The position numbers and the translations under genes were made by a program. A stretch of DNA of 64,000 nt from a virus: IMG/VR virus record IMGVR_UViG_3300028563_000012, positions 38,535-102,534 of that record; one strand, given 5' to 3'. Within the stretch, counting starts at the first letter, position 1. Each line of letters begins with the position of its first letter. This document shows positions 57,876-64,000 of this stretch, one piece after another. The notes beneath the pieces are model-generated. The model saw only the letters and a list, made by a program, of their open reading frames with translations. It did not search any database and was not told where the DNA came from.

Positions 57876-58394
57876 GCTTCGAATCCTTTGGTTGCCTATC
57901 CGGTTGACGCCCATTTGGCAGGATTTGTACCGTATCGCAGTAAATATGCTCGACAAGCAGGGCAACACCATGATGGATCATCTGGAGAGTTCACACGACA
58001 GGGTCTTCCCGATCCGTTCCTACTGCATGGTGTATCGGCCAACCATTCAATGAAATCAACTGCCTGTTCAGGTTGACAAAGCAATCGCTGAAAGCCAATT
58101 CGGCCTAGTGTTTTACCCTTTTTCCGAGCCCAAGAATCCATAGCATCGGCGCAGGTTTGTGCCTCCTCCACCTTGGTCGAAATTTCACCCGACAGCGCTC
58201 GGTACCGAGCCCACAAGCGCACAAGTGATCCTGCCAAAGGATCACGTCCTAACAGGACGAACATAGGCTCGTCTGGACACGCTTCATGATAGCAATCGAA
58301 TTTTCCAGGATTGTTCCTAGTTCCCATCTTTCCCTCTCAATTCACTTGGGGTTGTCAACCGGATAGACATGCTTCGAATCCTTTGGTTGCCTAT
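57872..58394. mobile_element. Single-gene insertion bounded by a 28-bp direct repeat and a 13-bp inverted repeat
   Basis: DR ACATGCTTCGAATCCTTTGGTTGCCTAT at 57872-57899 and 58367-58394; IR CTATCCGGTTGAC at 57896-57908 and 58354-58366. Confidence 0.6.
57896..58327 (-). CDS. Phage hypothetical protein (NNPGxFDCY...DEPMFVLL-type)
   Basis: MGTRNNPGKFDCY..ACPDEPMFVLLGRDP; GAGGG RBS. Confidence 0.6.
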   Translation of the reverse strand: MGTRNNPGKFDCYHEACPDEPMFVLLGRDPLAGSLVRLWARYRALSGEISTKVEEAQTCADAMDSWARKKGKTLGRIGFQRLLCQPEQAVDFIEWLADTPCSRNGSGRPCRVNSPDDPSWCCPACRAYLLRYGTNPAKWASTG

Positions 58395-58729
58395 TACGTA
58401 ACGCTTGCAGGCATCGGGAATGGCGCGTTGATGACTTCGTTTGGATGCGGTATCAATACACCAGTGTGGCGATAGATGCGCATCCTCCAATGGAGGAATG
58501 TCTCATTGGACACTGCTGGATTGCGCACGTCGCTGTGCACGTTCCCTTGACCGTTTTTCCATGTGGCTTCAGCAAACCTGAACTTGCTAGTGTACAAACC
58601 CATGGCACCAATGCCGCCATCAACCGTCACGTGGAATGCATACTTCACACCGGAGTCGGAATTGACCATGACTTGGGAGTCGGCTTTGCCCGATTTCGGC
58701 TTGTCTACCAATTTGAATTTGTCACCCAT
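58394..58729 (-). CDS. Hypothetical protein
   Basis: ORF in operon. Confidence 0.5.
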   Translation of the reverse strand: MGDKFKLVDKPKSGKADSQVMVNSDSGVKYAFHVTVDGGIGAMGLYTSKFRFAEATWKNGQGNVHSDVRNPAVSNETFLHWRMRIYRHTGVLIPHPNEVINAPFPMPASVT

Positions 58730-58749
58730 GATGGGTTATTTGGCAAATG

Positions 58750-59106
58750 TCATTTGGACTTGTCGGCGCGCTTGTCCCAAAGTGGGCTCCATCCGCCCTT
58801 GCAGATGTAACGCACCGTTGTCTCGCTTAGGTTTGACGCGTTAGAAAGCTGCTGTATGGTCGCCTTCAGCTTGCGCAAGCGCATGATCATTTTGGCTTTT
58901 GCTCGGGTGACTTCGCCATACACCTTTGGCCTGCGCTTGCCCGACGCAGCTTGCCACGTGATGCCGTGGACAACGCACCACACCCGGCCGGTGTCCAGCC
59001 CCATCTCTTGCGCGATTTCCGGGATGGTCTTACCCGTGGCTGCCAAGCCAAGGATCTTCTCAGCGACACGCAGACCAATGTGCTTGGATCCTGACACTTC
59101 CGGCAT
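58750..59106 (-). CDS. Tandem-HTH DNA-binding protein (paralog 2)
   Basis: IPEIAQEMGLDTGRVW; LSETTVRYICKGGWSPLW. Confidence 0.65.
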   Translation of the reverse strand: MPEVSGSKHIGLRVAEKILGLAATGKTIPEIAQEMGLDTGRVWCVVHGITWQAASGKRRPKVYGEVTRAKAKMIMRLRKLKATIQQLSNASNLSETTVRYICKGGWSPLWDKRADKSK

Positions 59107-59118
59107 GGGCTCTCCAAT

Positions 59119-59232
59119 TCAAATTCGACGGTGATTCAACATGAACGCGCACAGGAGTAACACGGCGGCCGCGGCGACGATGCCTGCAGCAAGATCCCGA
59201 ATCGGGGTTGAGGCGAGGATGGTTTGTGGCAT
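59119..59232 (-). CDS. 37-aa membrane peptide
   Basis: Hand translation: MPQTILASTPIRDLAAGIVAAAAVLLLCAFMLNHRRI. Confidence 0.35.
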   Translation of the reverse strand: MPQTILASTPIRDLAAGIVAAAAVLLLCAFMLNHRRI

Positions 59233-59235
59233 GCC

Positions 59236-59784
59236 TTATTCTATGCGCTGGCCATCACTCGAAATACCTCTCACGGCAATCAACTCTGCGTCAGAGCGCA
59301 GCATCAGCGGGTGACGCGGCATTCCGGCTGTTGTCGTTCCGAGGCACCACAGCTTGCCCGGCTTGGTGTCGCGCCGGACGCTCTGAACAGCGCACCCCAT
59401 CCACCGTCGGACGTTCGCGCCCCATGCCAAGATCATCTTGTCCGACAACCTCAACGACAACCTGTATGCAATCTCGTTCGCTGCGCTGAGCAAGACATCC
59501 TCACCGGAAATCGCTGCCAGCTCCAAGTCGCGCGGATCCGTCGCCCTCCATGGTGACAAGTTGGTGACGATGATGCCGCTGGCGCCCTCACGAGCAGCAA
59601 AGCCAAAACATCGGCGAATTGTCGGATCTGACACGGTTGCGTCGGCCTTGGACGGGTTGCTCATATGAAAGCCCAATGGTTGGCCGTAATCAAACAACGA
59701 GCGCCAGAGCAGCAAGCGGTAGCGCCCGCATGGCGAGATGACCGCGCCATTAGGTGTCCGCAGTTGTTCCCACCAAGGCGCCAT
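59236..59784 (-). CDS. DUF1643 family protein
   Basis: SPCGRYR..LWR, NPSKAD..DPTIRRC, RATDP, AWG, PRHPL. Confidence 0.8.
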   Translation of the reverse strand: MAPWWEQLRTPNGAVISPCGRYRLLLWRSLFDYGQPLGFHMSNPSKADATVSDPTIRRCFGFAAREGASGIIVTNLSPWRATDPRDLELAAISGEDVLLSAANEIAYRLSLRLSDKMILAWGANVRRWMGCAVQSVRRDTKPGKLWCLGTTTAGMPRHPLMLRSDAELIAVRGISSDGQRIE

Positions 59785-60332
59785 CAGACCTTGATTGCCC
59801 GCAATTCGGGCGGCACGATCTTGGGCACCGTTTGACGTTTCACGGGGTGGCGGTAGGCCGCCATGGTCGGCACAAGACTGGTGATCTCGGGCCAAGCCTT
59901 CAACAAGCTCTCATAGGTCCGGAAACCTTCCAACGTGTCTTTCACAACTTTCTTGAAGTCACGTTGCTTCAAATTCATCGCACGTTGCTTCCGGGACAAT
60001 GCCTTGATTGCCTTGCGAAGCGGAGGATCCACGATCGTGATCTCTTCCATGTAAGCCGGAATGCGATGTGGCTCTTTGAAATGCACCCTGATCCCATCAC
60101 CGTTGGTGAACCTGACGTATATGCCGTCAACTTCAAGCAGCCAATTTGGCGGGATGTTTGCGAGCAGATGTTCGCCCGCGCTGCCACCAGGGGTGAGATT
60201 TGACTTGACGATGCGGTGCGCTAGACCGTCTGACACTTTATCGATTGCCGCACGCTCGTTCGCAAACTTGGCCGAGACGATCTTGCCCACCAACTCGAAT
60301 CTGCTGAACTTATTGATCTGCGTTCCCATCAT
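59784..60332 (-). CDS. Nmad5-like protein
   Basis: C-terminal TLEGFRTYESLLKAWPE pattern. Confidence 0.5.
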   Translation of the reverse strand: MMGTQINKFSRFELVGKIVSAKFANERAAIDKVSDGLAHRIVKSNLTPGGSAGEHLLANIPPNWLLEVDGIYVRFTNGDGIRVHFKEPHRIPAYMEEITIVDPPLRKAIKALSRKQRAMNLKQRDFKKVVKDTLEGFRTYESLLKAWPEITSLVPTMAAYRHPVKRQTVPKIVPPELRAIKV

Positions 60333-60603
60333 GTCTCCTTTTCGGCTTGTCCCAATCTGGCTTGAAGTCATCAGGTATCAGGATTGCGAAGGCATCATAG
60401 GCTCGGGTGCGCCATTGCCTGAACGTCTCGCTTGGCACCGTGCCCACCGCCATGAAGCTGTTGGCCTCGTATGATGGCGCGAAGATCTCACCTGATAGCT
60501 GGCACAACCTGCCAACCGTAACACCATTGGAATCGTGGATGTAGAGTTTGCCGTTGGTGTTCTTCTCAACCGTGAAGCCACCAATTTTCTTTGACCTTGC
60601 CAT
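60310..60603 (-). CDS. Hypothetical protein
   Basis: ORF in operon; ETFRQWRTR resembles ETFDAWRDR in 60816-61088. Confidence 0.5.
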   Translation of the reverse strand: MARSKKIGGFTVEKNTNGKLYIHDSNGVTVGRLCQLSGEIFAPSYEANSFMAVGTVPSETFRQWRTRAYDAFAILIPDDFKPDWDKPKRRHDGNADQ

Positions 60604-60815
60604 GCTTCACAATTCGACCAAAGGTTGCAATGCCCTGCAGGTTCCGTCGGGATCCCGAACAACCAAAGTTGGATCGACAACCCGACGGCGCCTCACGCCA
60701 ACATCGATCTCAACCACCTCAACCGCGAAACTCCCATACAACACCAAGTCACGCACCAGCCGATTGCGAAGCCGTTCTGAAACCAAGTTGAAGCTTGGCT
60801 TGTTTTCCATATAAA

Positions 60816-61088
60816 TCATGCCTTGCCAGGCTTGTGCTTGGCACCAACCACAAATCCAAACTCGGCCTTCACCCGATCCCGCCAAGCATCGAACGTCTCA
60901 CCGGCCATGGTGATGAACGAGTGACGCCCCTTGGAATTACCAAGACTGATGGCCACTTGTCCTTCTGCCTTGCTCCAAGCAGCGATGCTTTGGCCTGCCG
61001 AGTTGTAGATGTATGTGCTTCGGACGCATTTGACGATTGTGTGTTTCATGGTTCTTTCTTTGACGGTGGTGCGGTGTTTGTTGATCAA
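60816..61088 (-). CDS. Hypothetical protein
   Basis: ORF in operon. Confidence 0.45.
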   Translation of the reverse strand: MINKHRTTVKERTMKHTIVKCVRSTYIYNSAGQSIAAWSKAEGQVAISLGNSKGRHSFITMAGETFDAWRDRVKAEFGFVVGAKHKPGKA

Positions 61089-61732
61089 ATACGCAACCCA
61101 ACAATTTCCGGTTGTGATGCCGACACCATCCCTTTCACGATGGTGGTGAGCGGGATGAACACAGCCTCAACTGCAAACTGGGCCATTTCCCTTGTCATGA
61201 ATTTGCGATCAGTCAGACCGGGCATGGCCTTCGTGCCTTCGTGCCATTTCACGCACCATGGTATGGTTCGATTCGACAACGGGGTCTGTGGCGCGTTGGA
61301 ACGAGTCGCATCGCAATCCACTCTATCAACGTAAATCTTGAACCCACCAGGCCAAACGACGCTCAAGGATCCGTGATCTGACTTGTAGTCGCTCCATGGC
61401 AGATAGAGCCGCGGCGTGAAGCATATGTGGCTAGGCGCCTGCGCCATGTGGATCGATAGGTGCATCAATTCCTTGACTTCAGTCGTCCACAGCTTCCAAT
61501 CATGAATCGTCGTCTCATGGCTGATGATTGGGGTTTTCACACGGCGATCACACTTTCTGACGGTTTCGGTGTAATACATTGTCCAATAGCCCGCCACCCA
61601 CCGGTGTTTGGGTGCGAATTCAGTCTGGACTCTCCATGCCTTGGTGCCCTTCAGCCTGCCCAAGACTTGGCACACCTTTCCATCGCTGAACACCTTGTAG
61701 TCGGCGCCGGGGTGTTTGGATTCCTTGCCCAT
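61085..61732 (-). CDS. Hypothetical protein
   Basis: 215-aa ORF in operon. Confidence 0.55.
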   Translation of the reverse strand: MGKESKHPGADYKVFSDGKVCQVLGRLKGTKAWRVQTEFAPKHRWVAGYWTMYYTETVRKCDRRVKTPIISHETTIHDWKLWTTEVKELMHLSIHMAQAPSHICFTPRLYLPWSDYKSDHGSLSVVWPGGFKIYVDRVDCDATRSNAPQTPLSNRTIPWCVKWHEGTKAMPGLTDRKFMTREMAQFAVEAVFIPLTTIVKGMVSASQPEIVGLRI

Positions 61733-61735
61733 GAT

Positions 61736-62038
61736 TCAGCCTTCCCAACTGTTGCGCCCATCCAAGCGTGTCGGCGCATTGGCGATGGCGTTGAACAAGT
61801 CGCTCGGATTCGAGTTGTAGACGTGGGCTGCAAATTCAGCAATTGTTGGCCAAAGCGATGCCTTACGCATCGGGTGTCCGGGGTTGTGATGGTTGCGCTC
61901 GTTCGGCAAAACTAGGATGGCACGGCCGTTCTTGAAGAGATACCACCCAGGGCCCTTGAACTCGAAACCCAGTTGTTTGCCTAGGGACACTGCTGTGCCA
62001 ACGACCGTCTTGTCAGGAATCAAGCTTTGCATCGTCAA
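61736..62038 (-). CDS. Hypothetical protein
   Basis: ORF after an AT-rich intergenic gap. Confidence 0.5.
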   Translation of the reverse strand: MTMQSLIPDKTVVGTAVSLGKQLGFEFKGPGWYLFKNGRAILVLPNERNHHNPGHPMRKASLWPTIAEFAAHVYNSNPSDLFNAIANAPTRLDGRNSWEG

Positions 62039-62091
62039 TATCCAAATTCAGTTGGGCCGCTATTTGTGAAATGAAATTCAGCGTGGCAAGC

Positions 62092-62364
62092 TCACCGCTT
62101 GCGCATTGTTGAAGTGCACGACTCGACCAACGCTCTTGAGCATTCGTAACGCTCAGCAATCTGGCTGTTGGTCATGCCGCCGCGGGCCAAGCGCTGAATC
62201 CTGCGCTTGAATTTGTTGGCCGTGCTTCTGACTTCATCATAGCATGCTTGGCACACATTCGGGCCGCCCTTCACCACTTGCAGGCCGATGATTGGGTGAA
62301 GGTAGTTAAGCACCCGGCCGCAAGAGCATTTGGGCTTGGTTGCCATCAATGGTCTTTTTGGCAT
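62092..62364 (-). CDS. Zn finger + HTH protein
   Basis: CSC...CQAC; SQIAERYECSRALV. Confidence 0.55.
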   Translation of the reverse strand: MPKRPLMATKPKCSCGRVLNYLHPIIGLQVVKGGPNVCQACYDEVRSTANKFKRRIQRLARGGMTNSQIAERYECSRALVESCTSTMRKR

Positions 62365-62549
62365 TGCTCAAGCGCGGCCGCGATCCGCTTCAATGCCTCG
62401 GTTTGTTGGACGGCCTGCGTCTTGACCGGGTGCGACCTGATGTCGTCGGCCAGCTTGCTTCCCAATATCTCCATGGCAGCGAGGATCCCAATGATGGCAA
62501 AAACCTTGATCGCCGGGACAGCTATGCCTTTGAAAAACTCCTTGAACAT
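62346..62549 (-). CDS. Small membrane protein (RIAAALE paralog)
   Basis: TM segment followed by ALKRIAAALE. Confidence 0.55.
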   Translation of the reverse strand: MFKEFFKGIAVPAIKVFAIIGILAAMEILGSKLADDIRSHPVKTQAVQQTEALKRIAAALEQCQKDH

Positions 62550-62567
62550 TGTTCACTTCCCCTTGGG

Positions 62568-62747
62568 CTATGGTTTGTTGCGCTCCAATGCGGCCGCGAT
62601 CCGTTCCAATGCTGCGACCTGGCGCTCTTGCGATGATGCCTGTTGGCTTGATTGAAACGCTCTGACCTTGATGTCATGGTGCCCAAGGGCCAACAATCCC
62701 AAGGCCACAAGGGCAATGAAAATCAGCTTCAACACCGGTGCGAACAT
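62568..62747 (-). CDS. Small membrane protein (RIAAALE paralog)
   Basis: TM segment followed by ALERIAAALE. Confidence 0.55.
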   Translation of the reverse strand: MFAPVLKLIFIALVALGLLALGHHDIKVRAFQSSQQASSQERQVAALERIAAALERNKP

Positions 62748-62749
62748 GG

Positions 62750-63133
62750 TCACTTTCCCTCGTTGATCCGGGTGAACACCGCGTAGTCGCGGCCAAAATT
62801 CTTGATGAATTGAGCCTTGCATTCATCGCACAATGACATCTGCCCGATCTGCCCATCCTTGCCGGGCTTGACTTCCGTGGCTATCCACGATGGGGCATTG
62901 CAGCAACGGGCGAAACCTGGCCCGAGCGTCATGAAGCTGCGCACCTCTGCCTGGCACTTGTTCATGTCGACGGGGATCAGCGGCATGGGCGCTTTCGTCT
63001 TGGGCTTTGCTGTCGTCCGATTCAGCACTGCCGCGACGCGTCCGGCCGGCATCAACTTTCCAGTTCCATCGTACACCGCGACCATGCCCTTCACGGGACA
63101 CCTCTCAACCCTGTATTGCTTTGCCTTAGCCAT
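62750..63133 (-). CDS. Hypothetical protein
   Basis: GAGGG RBS; KCQAE..SFMTLGP...RC...MSLCDEC. Confidence 0.5.
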   Translation of the reverse strand: MAKAKQYRVERCPVKGMVAVYDGTGKLMPAGRVAAVLNRTTAKPKTKAPMPLIPVDMNKCQAEVRSFMTLGPGFARCCNAPSWIATEVKPGKDGQIGQMSLCDECKAQFIKNFGRDYAVFTRINEGK

Positions 63134-63329
63134 GTGACCCTCTTTGTCAAATGAGAATTCGCGGAAGCCAGTGCGGTTGGCCATCTGAAGCCGAATCACC
63201 GCAATCTGACCCTTCGTCAAAGCCACCATGTCCCCCTAGGGGCATGCATGAGACCTAGGCCGGTGCCTTCCCACATCATAGTTGTGGAATTGAGCCAACA
63301 CACCTTACCAATGAAGCACAAACCACTTT

Positions 63330-63704
63330 TCAACGCCGACACGGCCGCCCAGCGAGGATGAGCGAGGCAATGAAGCATGTTTGGTTGAGAACGCGCTCCA
63401 CATTCTCCATGCATTTCAAACGTGATATGAACTCAAAGCCTGCGATGCCTGGAATTTGCAACGTTGTGAAGTGCACCCTGTCGAATGGTGCTTGGTTTGG
63501 AACGTGCGAGCAATCCACCCTGGCGACCCAACTGCGCGGCCAGCTCCTGGCCCCGGTCCCGTTGAATCTTGATTTGGACTCTACACGCACACTCATGTTG
63601 CCAAGAAACAGGTAGGCCTCAAACTTCGGGCCTTGCTTCCCGTTCACCCATGGCATCGAACAACTCTCGCACCCCTTGGCTGGTTTGGTCTTCCTCATCC
63701 TCAT
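63330..63704 (-). CDS. Hypothetical protein
   Basis: GAGGG RBS before MRMRK. Confidence 0.45.
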   Translation of the reverse strand: MRMRKTKPAKGCESCSMPWVNGKQGPKFEAYLFLGNMSVRVESKSRFNGTGARSWPRSWVARVDCSHVPNQAPFDRVHFTTLQIPGIAGFEFISRLKCMENVERVLNQTCFIASLILAGRPCRR

Positions 63705-64000
63705 GCAACCCTCTTTGTCAAATGAAAAAGCGCGTACTCCATCACCCAATCACGTCCACCGGGGAGGAATGGTGGTGCCTGTGGATGGGCCTGTGGATGG
63801 GTGGCTCAAATGAGATTTGGTGGATGGTGTGGTGGGTGTGAAGCCATGGAGTTGGTGGCGTTTGCGCATATGAAATGAAATTCCGTGGGTTGACGGTGGT
63901 GGGATGTGTGCTGTGGCTGGGTGTTCCAAGGGACCCAACTGCCACCAGGCCACACGCAGGTTTGCCAGCCAGTGGGGATCCCGAGCGCCCCATCACCAGC

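Noticed and set aside
58340-58366. IscB/IS200-605 end suggested by GTCAAC
   Set aside because: No IscB/TnpB/TnpA ORF nearby and the match is only 6 nt; these elements do not make long target duplications.
446-63841. Numerous plus-strand ORFs in the track (e.g. 29819-30730, 30705-31505, 36650-37453)
   Set aside because: They are antisense shadows of well-supported minus-strand genes and lack recognisable motifs.
1-64000. tRNA/rRNA genes and a lysogeny module
   Set aside because: No cloverleaf, rRNA, integrase or repressor cassette was recognised by eye; a tRNAscan-SE/ARAGORN run would be needed to exclude tRNAs formally.

Overview
The whole window is one tailed-phage genome segment, and essentially all credible genes lie on the minus strand. 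It is a myovirus-type phage with a contractile tail. In transcription order (right to left) it carries: (1) an early/accessory region (~64.0-42.4 kb) of small, often Cys-rich genes plus DNA ligase, UvrD-like helicase, HNH, two methyltransferases, DUF1643, an Nmad5-like protein and a GT-C-like membrane protein; (2) a packaging/head module (TerS candidate, glycosyltransferase, TerL, portal, MuF-ADP-ribosyltransferase fusion, multidomain prohead protease, scaffold, major capsid); (3) neck, sheath, tube, frameshifted chaperone, tape measure, baseplate and LamG/collagen fibre genes, with an unusual lysis cassette embedded; and (4) a UvsW-like SF2 helicase running off the left edge. The most notable items are: a protease polyprotein carrying an Acb1-like 2H phosphodiesterase and a copy of the capsid N-terminal peptide, next to a MuF-ART toxin; three ~210-bp structured repeats of identical length, spaced ~5.95 kb apart, each directly upstream of a leaderless gene; and a single-gene cassette bounded by a 28-bp direct repeat and a 13-bp inverted repeat. 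Cys-rich lipoproteins weakly hint at a myxobacterial-type host (inference only). All functional calls come from motifs recognised by eye; no database searches were run.
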